From the NCBI GenBank assembly GCA_964019335.1, contig OZ025679.1, positions 248,001 through 312,000 on the forward strand: a DNA stretch of 64,000 bases, given 5' to 3'. The notes under the pieces are model-generated. The model had not been told where the DNA came from, did no database searches, and was given only the letters and a program-made list of their open reading frames with translations. This DNA comes from Diplonema japonicum (lineage: Eukaryota; Protista; Euglenozoa: Diplonemea). This document shows, piece after piece, positions 45,147 through 58,256 of the stretch (position 1 is its first letter; every line of letters begins with the position of its first letter). The position numbers were made by a program, and so were the translations under genes.

Positions 45147-45227
45147 TTCTTTCTTCTTTTTTTTCTTCAATAAATGAAAATGAACTTTTCTCTTTTTACC
45201 AACTAAAAGTTAAAAAAAAACAAAGCA

Positions 45228-46652
45228 ATGAAGGCAGCTCTGTTGTGCGGTCTCCTCGCGGTTGCGGAGGGCACCTTCACCACGCACAGGGGCGGTGGGC
45301 GCCCATACGACAACAGCAAGCCGCCGTCCAAGAGGCCCACGAAGTACGACTTCATGACGAAGACGCCGTACTGGAGCTCGAAGTCCCTTAGCGACGTGGA
45401 CCAGGAGGGCCCCGTGGAGGAAGGCGAGGAGGGCCTGCAGTGCCAGGCTGTGCACCTGCAGCACGTCGGGAGGCACGGGTCGAGGTACGACGACAACGAC
45501 GACGTGACGGACCTTCAGGAGCTCCTTGCGAGCAAGGGAAGCGCCATCAAGAACCCGAGGTACGCCTTCCTGAAGTCCTGGACCAACCCCTTCCCCACAA
45601 ACGTGGAAAAGCACTTGAACGAGGTTGGCAAGGAGGAACTGTACAAGATGGGCATGAGGTACAGGCACAGGTACGGCGGGAACATCCTTGCTGATCAATA
45701 CAACCCCATCTACCACACCTTCCAGCACACTTGGAAGAGCAGAACCTCGAGGTCCGCCAGCGCTTTTGCCCTGTCCGCCATGCAGGAGGGGAGGGGCCAG
45801 CTCGGGAGGGACAACAACGAGCCTGTTGCGATGTTCTGCCTGTGGAACGGGATGGAGGACTACGACGGGGACAAGACCATCAGGTTCGCAGACAACTGCC
45901 CCAACTTCGACGCGATCACCGACGCGGACAACTTCCCTGGGAAGGTTCAAGAGGACGCCTTCGAGAAGAAGATCGAGGAAGAAGTCGTCCCGCGTGTGGC
46001 GAAGAAGCTCCAGCTTGACTCGTCAGTGTGGGAGCTTGACTTCGACGGGGTGGAGCTTCTGTACAAGGCGTGCGTGTTCGAGACGGTCATTTACGAAACA
46101 CCTGCGGCAACAAGCCCCTGCGCCGTGTTCGAGGAAAAGGACTACGAGATGTTCGCCTTCCTGAAGGACCTTGGGGAGTACTATGAGGGCGGTCACGGTA
46201 CCCAGATCGCACAGGAGATCGCATGCCCTCTGATGTCAAAGCTCCTGAACGGTGTGAAGAGGTACTCTGAGGACGACAACGAGGTGCAGGCGGCCTTCAT
46301 GTTCGGGCACAGCGACACCATTCAGCCCCTCCTCGCCCAACTCGGCTTGTATGTGGACCCTGTCCCCCTCACTGCGGACATGCCTTGGGAAAAGGCGATG
46401 GAGAGGAAGTGGCGCACGGGCGTGATCTCTCCAATGGCAGCTAATATTGACATTGTTCTGCACAGGTGTGAAGACGCAGATGGGAAGGGCAGCTGGAAGA
46501 CTGAGCTGCTCCACAACGAGAGGCGTATCAGGTGGCCTAGGTGCGGGGCGGACGGCACCAACGTCCTTTTCTGCACCCCCGAAGACCTCCTCATCGCGTA
46601 CCCCATGGCCACCGACTGTCAGTTCGATGAGTTCTGCAAAATCCCCCAATAG
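45228..46652 (+). CDS. Secreted histidine acid phosphatase (MINPP1/phytase-like)
   Basis: Signal peptide; RHGSRY catalytic motif; L...GKEEL..MG.R; RTSRSASAF; FGHSDT; PMAAN...LH.C. Confidence 0.9.
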   Translation: MKAALLCGLLAVAEGTFTTHRGGGRPYDNSKPPSKRPTKYDFMTKTPYWSSKSLSDVDQEGPVEEGEEGLQCQAVHLQHVGRHGSRYDDNDDVTDLQELLASKGSAIKNPRYAFLKSWTNPFPTNVEKHLNEVGKEELYKMGMRYRHRYGGNILADQYNPIYHTFQHTWKSRTSRSASAFALSAMQEGRGQLGRDNNEPVAMFCLWNGMEDYDGDKTIRFADNCPNFDAITDADNFPGKVQEDAFEKKIEEEVVPRVAKKLQLDSSVWELDFDGVELLYKACVFETVIYETPAATSPCAVFEEKDYEMFAFLKDLGEYYEGGHGTQIAQEIACPLMSKLLNGVKRYSEDDNEVQAAFMFGHSDTIQPLLAQLGLYVDPVPLTADMPWEKAMERKWRTGVISPMAANIDIVLHRCEDADGKGSWKTELLHNERRIRWPRCGADGTNVLFCTPEDLLIAYPMATDCQFDEFCKIPQ

Positions 46653-47808
46653 ACCAAAGTCTGGGAGACCTGACAAGATAGTGGGAGTGTCCCTGTCTTC
46701 TTGAATTATTTCTATACCTAAGAAAGATGGGGGACCCTGTTCTTCTTTTCTTTCTTTCTTTTTTTCCTCATTTTCTGTTTCGTACTTGGGCTCCCCCTAC
46801 AGGCTGGCAAGAGCTTTTTATTCTATTTGCTCTATTAGTAGCAGGTAAACCTTGGTGAGACAAAAATGTCATCGCTAGGATACTATGTCAGCAAGAAGGT
46901 GGGGGGATGAAAATACGAGAGAGAGAATAGGGAGGGAAGAAAACAAAAAAAAAGAAATGAAGATAATGGGCTCGCCCATTTTTTTTCGCGCGATTTTTTT
47001 TTTCTTTCTTATTGTTTCCTTTTTCTTCTCTTTGTGCAAGCCCGTGTCCTAGCCGCTGCTACATTTTCGCCCTGGAGAGGCTCAAGACTCCCTCCAATAA
47101 TCAGGCAATTGTAACAAGCAAGGACCCTCTTTTTAATCTTGTTTTCCCCATTTGCCCCCTCCTCTGCTCTTTGCCAGGTTGCTGGTGGCGCTTTAAGCCA
47201 GCACCAGCACCCTGAAAGTGTCTCAATAGAACCAACACTTTCCTTTTGTTTATTACCCAGAGGCCCAGAAGGGTGAGAGGGTAGATAAGTAGAGACAAGG
47301 GGGGCGTTCAAAGACAGGAACCTCCTTTATCTCATCTCTTTATTTTTTTCCCACCCCATTTTCAATTCTTTCCTGTTTTTATTTTAATTTTCTTTTATGA
47401 CGACCTTTTTGCGACGTAGGAGATATAACTACAAAAAGATAAGACCGAAAAAAAAAAAAGAAGAAAACTGCAAGAAGAAAACGGAAAAAAAAGATTATTC
47501 GCTTGCTATTTATAGCAGGTGACAACGCCCCCCCCCCCTTTTTTTTGCCTTTTCTTCAATCTTATTCACCCTCCTTTTTTTTTCCCTCCCCTGCTCTCTC
47601 CCTATGGATAGGGAATCAGCCAGAGGAAAGAAAAAAGAAAGGGAAAAAAAAAAAAAAAAAAAACTTCTCTTTTCTTCATCTCCTAATCCTATATCCCTAT
47701 ATCTACCCTCCCCCACCCCTCTTTTTTCCCCCCCTTCTCAAACTCTACAAAGAAATTAATTTTTTTTTTTTTTGAAAAAAAAAAAAGGACATTAAAAAAA
47801 ACAAGAAA

Positions 47809-48406
47809 ATGAAGTGGTACTATGTAACGGGAACGGACAGCGGATTCGGTGCGGAGTGTGTGAGGATGCTTGCGAAGGATGGACATAATGTGTTTGCTGG
47901 GCACTTTCTACCTGATTCAGCGGCGAAACTGGAGGAGGATGGTAAGGGGAAGATCGTGCCGGTCTTGCTGGACGTGACGAGTGACGAATCAGTGGCGCAG
48001 GCAGCTGAGTTCATCACCAAGACAATGGGCAAGGGCGGGCAGCTCCTTGGTCTCGTGAACAACGCTGGCCTCCTTCTGCAGAACGGCCCCAACGAGTGGA
48101 CCCCCATCTGCAACTTCCAGCGACAGTTCGACGTCAACGTGCTCGGCACAGTCAGGGTGACCCACTCCGTCCTCCCCCACCTCAGGAGGACTGAAGGCCG
48201 TATCGTCAACACCGCTTCGATCGCCGGCCGTGTCGGGCTCCCTCTTCAGGGCGCCTACTGCGCATCAAAGTACGCTGTCGAGGGATACAGCGACTCCCTC
48301 CGAAGGGAAATGAAGGTGTGGGGCGTGACCGTCCACATTGTAGAACCCGGTGTCTTCACCCACACCGATTTGTACCAGACTACGAACGACGGTATTCAGA
48401 AGGTAT

Positions 48407-48446
<40 letters not shown>

Positions 48447-48708
48447 CGAGAAGGAAGGGAGGTGGCCGAAAGCCTTGTCCGCGACCACGTCGTTGGCTTT
48501 GATAGAAGGGCCCTGTTTGTATCGGGGCTGACGGCGACCAAGCTGAAAGGACTGAGAAGATTACCGGAAAGAAAGGATTGGAAGATATACACGTCAGCTA
48601 GGCACTACGGTGGGTAGCAGGGAACGACCCCCAAAAGGGGAGCATCATAAGGTAGACGCCACCGCGGTGGGCCGTTGCTAACCACTTCGTTTCCTATCAT
48701 TGTGAATT

Positions 48709-48742
<34 letters not shown>

Positions 48743-49183
48743 CTCCTTAGCTTTTCGACGGTGTGAGCCCTGCTATCCAAGCGGACTACGGAATTGACTA
48801 CAAGAACGCGCTGAAAAAAGGCTACGGTGGTATGTGGAATTTAAAAAAAAAAAAATATACCCAAAGCTGCCCTTGATAGGATGAACAACAAGGACCCCTC
48901 CCTTGTGCCTAAGGCATACATCCACGCGCTCACCTCTACCAAGCCTTTGTACAGGTACCGTGTGGGGAAGGACTCCAAGTATGGGATTACCTTCCTGACC
49001 TGGCTGCACGAGTCGTGGCAGGACTCGGCTTTGGTGAAGCCTGACAGGATCCCTGTGAAATCTACTGTTGCGGCGTACCACAGAACCACCAAGAGGATGG
49101 TTGGGTGGGCAGCCATGAGGAGGTTGATTTTTGCCTTCGTTGCTGTTTTGATCTGGAAGCTCGTCAAGAGAAGGCTTCATTAA
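47809..49183 (+). CDS. Short-chain dehydrogenase/reductase (RDH/17beta-HSD-like); introns 48403-48750 and 48830-48866
   Basis: VTGTDSGFG, LDVT, LVNNAG, GRIVN.AS, YCASK, VEPG. Splicing gives ...IQK|LFDGVSPAIQADYG...YG|AALDRMNNKDPSLV..YIHAL...P.YRY.VG.D. Confidence 0.9.
48445..48706 (+). mobile_element. LINE 3'-end fragment inserted in the poly(T) of SDR intron 1
   Basis: Encodes VVGFDRRALFVSGLT (RT C-terminal motif) then a stop and UTR; long T-runs on both sides. Confidence 0.8.
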
Positions 49184-49828
49184 GAACCCCCCCACCCCCC
49201 CATTTTTTTTTTTGACTTTTTCGACTTTAGTCTGACACCACAGGCCAAAGTCTGCTAATTTTTTTTCTTTTCTTTTTTTTTCCCAAATCAACGTTTTCGT
49301 TTTTCTTCTTTTTTTTTTTTAAAAAAAAAAGTTTTTGTTGTTGATTAATAATATACTGCTTTTCTTTTTTTTCTTTCTTTTTTTTTTTGCTAGATAAGTG
49401 GTTGTTTGGAAAGGGGGGGGGGGGGGGGGGGGACCGACAATATTTTTTTTTATATATTTCCCCTCTTTTTTTTTTTCCTCGTTTCTTTTTTTGAAATGCA
49501 ACAACAACAACAAGAAAAAAAAGAGAGAATAAGGTTATCACAAAAAGAACCATGTGGCAAAAAAAAAACCTTAAAAGAATGTAACCGCGAGAGGATAATA
49601 TTTTTTTTGTCTAAATATTAAAAAAAGGGGGGGAACGTTGGAAGAAAAGAAAACGTGTTTACGGATTAGATGCCTCTCTCCCCCGGTTTCTACCCGGCAC
49701 GAATTAACAACAGCCAGTCCACGTGTTGCCCTCTCCTCTATTTACTTTGGCTCCTTTTTTTTTATTTTCATTTTTTTTTTTTCCAAATGAAAAAAAAATA
49801 AAAGGAGGGGGGGGGGAATAAACATTAG

Positions 49829-50056
49829 ATGACAACAGAAGTTGACAAAGAGTACTTGCGTAGCCATGGTATGGGGTTTTTCATGGGAACAAAAAAAAAA
49901 AAAAAAAACCTAGGCATCCCTCCCTTATTCAACGAAATTACCCAAGAATTATTCCGTGAGAAACCCAGCAACCCAGTGCAGTTCATAATCGACCTGCTGA
50001 AGCACAAGAAGGAAAGTAAAGAGAAGGAAGACGGAGCAACCTCGACAAAAGAATAG
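49829..50056 (+). CDS. Small DPY-30/RIIa-type dimerisation-docking domain protein; in-frame intron 49869-49913
   Basis: KEYLRSHG|IPPLFNEITQELFREKPSNPVQFIIDLL matches the YL...I..L...L...KP.DP..F consensus. Confidence 0.78.
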   Translation: MTTEVDKEYLRSHGMGFFMGTKKKKKNLGIPPLFNEITQELFREKPSNPVQFIIDLLKHKKESKEKEDGATSTKE

Positions 50057-50358
50057 TTTTAAAAAAAAAGAAATGTGTAAAAAAAAAAAAAAAAAAGAGA
50101 GAGAAAAAGAAAAAAGAAATACCCATAGTTGAAAAAACTAAATGAGACTTAATGTCGTATATGTGGGGAGGGGAGGGGGAGGGGTATTTTTATTTTTTTT
50201 TTATTGTTTTTTTTTTTTAATTCTCTCTTGTCTATTCTTTTTTCTATTTTTCTTATTATTTCGTGGGGTTATACACGCTCTGTTATTTTTATTTTACTTT
50301 TTTTAAAAAGATTCTGTTAATCTCACCCCCCCCACAGGGAAAAAAAAAAGAAAAAATA

Positions 50359-50398
50359 ATGTCGACCTTCAAAAGGAGACTAATAAAAGAAAAGCACG

Positions 50399-50447
<49 letters not shown>

Positions 50448-52209
50448 GTTCTCAACACAGGCCGAACTCTTAGAATTGAGGTCAAGCAAGTACGGAGGGG
50501 TCCTATGCATGCTGGCAGCGATAGCAGTTTACGCAAATTGCGTAAAAAACTCCGAGTGGGTCTTCGATGACGCTGTGGCCATCCAAGGCAACAAGGACGT
50601 AACGGGAGAAACCCCATGGACATCAACCTGGACCCATGATTTCTGGGGAGGAAACTTAAATGCAACAGGAAGCCACAAGTCGTACAGACCACTGACAGTA
50701 ACAGCCTTTAGAACCCTGTCAGCATGCTTCGGGATGAACACGGAAGCGTTCAAGATGGCCAATATTGCAGTCCACAGCATCAACACTCTGCTTACCTTTT
50801 ACATCTTCAAACGATTCTTCCTATCGTCAACAGACTCTATGTTTGTTGCGTTGCTCTTTGCAGTCCACCCTGTCCACACCGAGGCAGTTGCGTCAGCTGT
50901 GGGACTCGCGGATTTGCTCAGCGGGTTCTTCGCATTGCTGGCGTTGTGCTTCCCTTCACAACATATAGTCACCCTGACGTCGTGCGTTGTCCTGTCGATG
51001 TTGTGTAAGGAGACCGGGTTGACTATTATTGTGCCGTTGGCGTACCTTTCTAAAAGGTATTTTTCGTCGGTTTTCATTCTTTCGGGCAGCCTTTTGTTTC
51101 GTTTCTGGATCGCCGGTTGGACGCCTTTCGTGAAGGACTTCCGAGAGCTCGACAACCCCCTCCCGTTCATAACCAACCCGCACAGCAAGGTCCTCACGAT
51201 CTTCAGGGTTTGGGTGGAATACGCCAGGCTTCTCGTGACACCGTTTTCGCTCAGCTGTGATTATTCCGTAGCTGCGATCCCGGTGGTCGAGGTTGCTAGC
51301 AACGATTCGTTTTATCCATTTTTGTACATCGGGCTGCTGAGTTTGACAGGGGGCGTGGTAGTGTATTACCTGTACAGGGTGAAGGCTTGGTTTCTTGGGT
51401 TTTCCGTGGTGTTCTTCGGGGCGACATTCGCGCCGGCGTCGCAGTTTTACTTCCACCCCGGAACGATGGTAGCGGAGAGACTAATGTACCTTCCCTCGCT
51501 AGCGGTGTGCGGGGTGTTCGTGTGGGCCCTTGGAAAGATTGTGACCCGCAGGGTCTTCAAGGAGTACTGTATCGTGGTGGTGGTGTTGCTTTTCAGCTTC
51601 ACAACGGCACAACGAAACGAAGACTGGAAAACACTAACTTCACTATTCGAAAGCGCTGTTAAAACTACACCTGGTTCCGCAAAAGTACAGCTCAACATTG
51701 GCATATCCCGCTTGGCACAAAACCGCACAAACGACGCTGTTAGACACCTTGAAAAAGCCCGACAAATCTACCCGAAAGGATGCCAAGTAGATTACTGGCT
51801 AGGACGGTGCTATCTAAATGTACAAAATATACCAGAATCGGTGAAGTTCTTCCAAAAAGCGTTAACCTGCACCGAACGAGACCATCAAAAATTCGCCCTG
51901 CTAGCACTCGAATCCATCTTTAAACAAAGCTGCAAGGAAGCCCCTACTGCCCCTGACCCGCATACAAACTTGGCGAACATTTTCGCTCTTCAAAAACGGC
52001 ACAAGGAAGCGGAGGTTATCTACAAAGCTGCCATCAGGCTCTCAAAGGGGACACGTGATGCGGCACCGAGACTGAATTTCGCAAGGTTATTGTTATTGCT
52101 GGAGAGATCGAGCGAAGCCTTCGAGCATGCGAAGATAGCGGTTCGCGACCCGAAGTACAAACAGGAGGCGGAGGCGGTGCTTGCAGAAGCAACTAGGATG
52201 ATGGGGTGA
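50359..52209 (+). CDS. TMTC-like protein O-mannosyltransferase (DUF1736 + TPR)
   Basis: VFDD..AI..N.DV, HDFWG, SHKSYRPL, LFAVHPVHTEAV, CKETG, DNP, LSCDYS, VAERLMYLPS, RNEDW, TPR repeats. Confidence 0.92.
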
Positions 52210-52691
52210 ATTCGTTAGATATTTTTTTTACAGATGTTCGTTCTTTTTTTTTCCCCTGAGAACGAAGATTTTCTAAACAAGAAAAAGGGAGGGAGAAGAA
52301 AGTACATTTTTATTGCTCCTGTAGACAGGTTCTTAAACCTTTTAGTCGCACGTCTCTCACATGCAGCTCGTTTCTGTTTTTCATGAGTTTCACTTATGAA
52401 AAGGTGTGGATTAAGCTTGTAGTTGATTGAGACCTGGAGTTGTGCATTTAGCACCAGCCCATCAAGCTTGCACCTAGCCTTTGAGGGTGCGCGACACGAC
52501 TTTAAAGTGCCGTTCTGTAGGTGTTTCTGTTGAGAGGCTTCGGCCGAGTGTCAAAATGAACTTTGCTGGACCCGCGCAGTGGAGTCAATCTTTGGATTAG
52601 AAATGCATTAAAACGCATTCTGAGAAAAGACATGTTTCAATGGACACCGTTTTTGTATTTCAAAAAGGAAAAAAAAAAAAAGAGAAAAAAA

Positions 52692-54887
52692 ATGGCAACA
52701 CTGAACCAGATCCACGAGATGCAGAGCGTGCACAACAACATAAACAACATCCTGACCCACCTGAACACTCTGATGCCCGGTGCGGAGGGGGTGGGGCTTG
52801 ACGGCCTGTACCCAGGGATGTCGATGCCCCATGTGGGGATGAGCCCCATGGGCCACATGTGCCCAATGACCCCCCCGCAGCACGTAATGCCCCCGGTTCC
52901 ACAAGTGGGCGTTCGACACCAGCAACAGCAGCAGCAGCCGCAGGGACCGTACAAGATGGGCCGCGTAGCGCTTGGTGACATCCAGGCCAACACCCCAGAG
53001 AAGGAAGAATCACCCATGAAGGCCCTGCTTGAGAGGGAAAGGCAACAACGCCAACAGATCCAGCGCATGGCGATGACGGAGTCGGCACGCCTCGAGATGA
53101 ACATCCAGAACATCAACATCAAGAAGAACAGCCAGAAGGCAATCGACGGTCTACCGCACACCCCCAATCACCACGGCGAGGACGCAGGGGGGCCTAAGAC
53201 ATGCGAAAGGGAGGAGAACGCTGACGGGACCATCAAGTACGATTTCAGCACAGGGCTGCCTGGCGGTGTCTGCGTGTACTTCATGAAGGGGTACTGCGGG
53301 ATCGGGAACAAGTGCAGGTACGTGCACGACCCCAACGATGCAGGCACCGTCGTCAAGATCACAGGCATGCCGTACACAAGCACCGTGGAGCAGGTCATCG
53401 ACTTCTTCGCACCGCTTGAGATCAGCAAGGACAAGGTCACGTTCCTATTGTCGCGGGAGGGCAAGCAGACAGGCTCTGCTTTCATCGAGTTCGGGTCAAG
53501 GAAGGACGCCCTCTTCGCTCTTGGGAAGGACCGCAACTTCATCAACGAGCACCGCTTTGTTCTGCTGTACCCGTCTAGCTATGTAGAGAGGGCGTGGTTC
53601 TGCGAGAACCCGATGCCCTTCAGTGCTCACGTCACACCCTCTCAGACGAAGAAAAGACAGGCAAGCCCGAGCATGAAGACACCACCATCTGTCGGGACAC
53701 CAGGGCAGCTTCCTAACAGCCAGGTGTTGAGCCAGCTTCAAAACCTGCACATGCTGCAGCAACAACAGCATCAGCAACAGCAACTATTGGACCAGATGCC
53801 GCCCTCGCCGTTTAGGTTCGGGGGGCTTCCAATGGTTCCCAACATGAACATGATGTCCCCTGTTGGGCATATGTCCCCTGTGCCAGCAATGCCCATGGTG
53901 ATGCCCATGCACATGACCATGCCCAACCCCTCTACCCCGGGTGGTATGGATGCGTGCCATAAGGATGATGTGGAGGCTCGTGTTACACCTGTTAAACAGT
54001 TGCAGTTTGATGAAACGGTATGGGGGAGAGAAGGGAGGGGGGGAAAAAAATAGGATGAGCCCGCCGCTGGAAAGGGCGACCTTTTGTCCGATCTCACAAG
54101 GAAGCTGAGAAACCCGAACACGCTTGGCAACCTCCCTCCTGAGAACCTCAAGATTGTTTTGAAGGTATAAAAATAACTATTTATTGCCAACAAATAATGA
54201 GTCATTATTTAACTCGAGTTCCCGAATTTTTTGCACGAGGGCCCGCAGGGCCCGAGTGCAAAAAAACGGGTAACGAGTGTTAAATAATGGCTCATTTGGC
54301 GGCAAGTAAGTCGTTTTATTTCACTCTTCGGCATTTGAGTCACTCACTCTTCACTGCTTTCACTGCTGTTTTTTTTCACGCAGGTCAGCTTTTTGGGGAT
54401 TTTCCTAAGGTAATACAGGGTAGCTATTTCGCCGTGGCATTTAAAGGGGAAGTAAGGCACTTATTCCCACTTTTAAGGGCTGGAATGGCCTCAGATGGCC
54501 AAAAATAGTCAAAATACCCCCACCCCAAAAAAATTTTTCAAGGGGTTGGGTGCATTTTTTTCCACGACAAGACCCATTTTTTCACTCTGAAGGGCCATTA
54601 TTTAACTGCAAAATCTCATTATTTAACTAGTTAAATAATGGCGATTTCGCGTTAAATAATGGCCGTTTCGCGTTAAATAATGGCCATTTCGCGTTAAATA
54701 ATGAGGCCCCTAGTGAGTGAAGAAAATGACGAAGAGTGAAATAAAAAAAAAAAAAAAAAAAAAAAAAAAACAGTCGATGGGGTACTCCGATGACTCGTGC
54801 ACTAGTCTTGTTCGTGATATTCAAAGATCATGCGGTTCAAAGGGTACGGGGCTTCCTCCTTTGGTGCCAATGTCAAAGGCCGCGTGA
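52692..54887 (+). CDS. CCCH zinc finger + quasi-RRM RNA-binding protein (Q/M/P-rich); introns 54018-54053 and 54165-54773
   Basis: CVYFMKGYCGIGNKCRYVH; VVKITGMPY...IDFF...G..TGSAFIEF...AL.K.R..I..R.V. Splicing extends the frame to TGA at 54885-54887. Confidence 0.85.
54169..54746 (-). mobile_element. Non-coding hairpin/asymmetric-IR element, copy C, inside an intron
   Basis: Terminus AAATAACTATTTATTGCCAAC; hairpin centred on GGGCCC-GCA-GGGCCC (54239-54253); exact 17-bp IR 54314-54330 / 54730-54746; 21-bp tandem repeats near 54631-54702. Confidence 0.82.
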
Positions 54888-55408
54888 GATTTTTTTTTTT
54901 TTTCCCTCTGAAAAATAGTTAATACGTAACGTAAACACAAAAAAAAAAAAAAAAATTAGAGTTTTTTAAAATTCCTTTCCCCTCCCTTCCCATAGATGAA
55001 AGAAAAAAAAAAAAAATGAGAAAAGTTTCTTAGTTTTTCTCCCTAATTGTTAGATATCCCACCCTTCATTTGGTGTCATTTTCCCCCCGTCCTTTGTCCC
55101 TTTTCTTTGTTGTCCCAATGTCCATTCATCTCCGGACCTTCTCAAGGAATTTCAGCGGAAAGGTAGGGTTGGCGCATGCCGCTGACGTACTGCCTTTCGT
55201 TTATTCCTTTTTTTTTTAATTGGTGAACCGGAGAGAACTTGGAGAAATTGTGAGCTGCAAAAAATTGATTTAAACCTTTTGCCTGGGCTATTTTTACCCT
55301 GGGCAAGGGGGACAGGAAAAAAAAAAAAAAAAGAAGAAGAAAAAAAAAAAGAGAGGAAATAGCCCATCCATGCTTCTATTCTAAAGGGAGCAAGAAAAAA
55401 ATGGCCAA

Positions 55409-55439
<31 letters not shown>

Positions 55440-56139
55440 CACACACACACGCAACAAGAAAAAGAAAAGCACGCCGCTTATAGGTGGTGGTCATATATTT
55501 TTAGAATTTTCCTTCCCTTTCCATTCCCGTTTCCCTCCCCCCCTATTTTTTTTTACTTTCCCACCCACCTAGAGATTTTCTTTTTTTTATTTTCTTTATG
55601 AATACCTTCCTCCCTTGTTTTTTTTTAAATCTTTTTATAAAAAAAAAAAATAACAACAAAAAAAAGAGGGGGAATAAGAGTGGGGCTTTTTTTTTAAAAA
55701 AAAAAAAGAAGCAAGCACACAAACGAGCATCTTAAAAGAAAGGTCTGAAGATCCTTTCTTGCCCCCCCCGCCCTCCCTTTTCTTTTTATTTTTATTCTTC
55801 TCCGGTTTCAGAAAATGCGAAAAAAAAAAAGAATTGTTTGTAAAACATTGTCGTCCGTTCGCCTTCTTTTTTTTTTTGTTTTAACAATATTATTGTCGTG
55901 ACTAAAAAGAAACTAGTTGATGGCATGCGCAATGAGCTATTTTATTAGGTAAAATTTCCGCTCGTGTGCGCACAAAACAAATGAAGCGCTAAAACTAGTT
56001 TTTCTTTCTTTTTTTTTTTTTTCTTAACCCCTTCTTTTCCCCCTTCTTTTTTTTGAATTTTTTAAGAAAAAAATCTTTTTTTCGCAAAAAAAAAAAAAAA
56101 AAAAAAAAATCCATACAAAAGGGGGAGGGGGAAAGAATA

Positions 56140-56436
56140 ATGACCGAAAACAACAAAGAGGTCAGCGATGCCATTAAGGGGGGGCTAACGAGTGCGTGGG
56201 GCTGGTTCAACACCGCAAAGGAAGCAGTCGCGACAACCAGCGCGAAAATGGCTGAAAAGCTTCCCGAAAAAATGGAAAAGGCGATCGAAAGCATGAAGGC
56301 GATGGAGGACAAACCAAAGGAAGATATTGACAGCGGGTACGTTCCTTGGAACGAGGCCCCAGCCCCATGGTCGGGAAGGGAATGGGAATGGGAGGCTTTA
56401 GTCAAAGCAATGGTGGCCGACGAAGGGTATCGATAC

Positions 56437-56468
<32 letters not shown>

Positions 56469-57522
56469 CCAACACACACAGAACCTTTCTCCTTGGACCC
56501 GACCGTGGTATGACGCAATCTGAGAGCAGAGCACTCCGCGTACACGGCATCACAGTTGATTTTTCCATCGAGGTACATTAAAGAAAAAAAAAAAAAGAAA
56601 AAAAAATTATTCCCCCTTCAATGTCCATCACCACAGAATGAACTAGACTACACCGCAAAGGTGAGCAGGGCCATGCTTGATTTCGAACCACTAGGCAACA
56701 TGCGGTTCAGCCTCGTCCCGAAATTCGTTTCGGAGGCCATATTCTGGAGAAACTTGTTCTGGAAGCTCAGAGAGTTCGGAAAGCTGGATAATACACAGGT
56801 AAAAAAAAAAAAAAAAAAAGAAAAAAAAACAGGCAATGGTGAAACCATTGTTGATGGTTACAAACGTTCAAAGGGATGACATCCCCGACGACTGGACTGG
56901 TGCCGATCTTAAAAAACCGCTTCCCGATTCTGTGGCGTCGAAGGCGAAGCGGGAGCAGAAAATCGAAGAGATGATGGGCACGTTGAAAAAAGAAAAGGAA
57001 GGCGGAGACGAAAAGAACGCAGTCTTCCGAAGCATGTACGCTGAGGGGACAGAGGCACTGGTCCTGCTCAAGGAGTGCCTAGACGACGGGGACATGGTTG
57101 AGCATCTCAAGGTTGCATGCGATAGCTGTGTCAGTTGCAGAGATAAACTGCAGAAGGAAATAGAGGAACAAGGCACTGTTGGCGATGATGAGGGGAACTT
57201 CGCCAAGATTTTGACACTCATAGGCAATCTTGACGATGCCATACAAGCCTATGAAGAGAAGGCAGCAAGTGGTGCTGGACCTGTTGCAGCAGGCCCCACC
57301 TCCAGCCCCACCCCTACTGACGAGGACAACGTGTCCTCCAACGTTGACTCCTTTGTTGAAGTTCCTGCTAACCCCACCGAGGCCGACGACAAGACTGACC
57401 GGTCATCCAACACCAACACCCCTGTCCCCCCTGAGACTACAGTTCCTGCATCCGGGTCACCTACGGGTGATGTTAAAGAATTCACAGCATTGCCCTGGGA
57501 CACTGATGAGGAAGATGATTAG
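56140..57522 (+). CDS. BSD-domain protein; introns 56427-56481, 56573-56636, 56799-56832
   Basis: DEG|TFLLGP and LGNMRFSLVPKFVSEAIFWRNLFW (BSD signature). Three GT-AG introns link the ORFs in frame. Confidence 0.85.
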
Positions 57523-57589
57523 GGGAAGTTTTTTTTTTTTTTTTTTTTTTTTGCTTTTTTCGTAGAAGGTTAGATATATATATCCAAGC

Positions 57590-57630
<41 letters not shown>

Positions 57631-57658
57631 GCATGGGGGAGATTTTTTTTTTTACCCT

Positions 57659-57697
<39 letters not shown>

Positions 57698-58256
57698 TTT
57701 CTCTTTTTTTTTTTCTTTTTTCGTTTTTCTCTCGCCCTCACCAAAAGGAAGAATGGGGGGAGAAATAGAATAAAAGAGAAGAAGAAGAAGAAAGAAAAAA
57801 AAAAAGGAATCCCCACGCTAAAATCTTTCCTCCCCGTCCCCTTTCTTGCCCTCTCACCCCCAACAAAGAAGAAAAAAATGAATATTTGAACTGCTGAATT
57901 TTCTTTTCTCTTTTTCCTAAACACATGACACAAGAAAGGGGGAAAAAAAAGAAAAATGTTGCGTGGTTTCGGTGGAATGGACAGCTCAGTCACAAAGGTT
58001 AAGAAAAGCCCAGGCAATAACAAAGCGAGCGCAGCGAAATTTATCCCTGTTGTGAATGTGACTGGCACCGTGGTATGGAAAATTTCTTTCATCCCCCCCT
58101 CCCTTCCCCTTTCAATTCATCATTTCAGGGCAACATCCCCATGAACCTCCAAGTCGGCCTCAACACACAATTATAAGAGAACCATCGTGAGAAGCGAAAA
58201 AAAAAAAGAAAAAAAAAAGAACTCCGAGTTATTTACCAACTCCATTTTTTTTTTTA

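Noticed and set aside
52310-52640. Complex non-homopolymer stretch with short minus-strand ORFs (similar stretches at 36390-36640 and 28752-28890)
   Set aside because: No recognisable motif, repeat partner or termini within the window.
54631-54702. Regularly spaced 20-21 bp repeats resembling a CRISPR array (also 3111-3165)
   Set aside because: Contiguous tandem units with no unique spacers, no cas genes, and a eukaryotic context.
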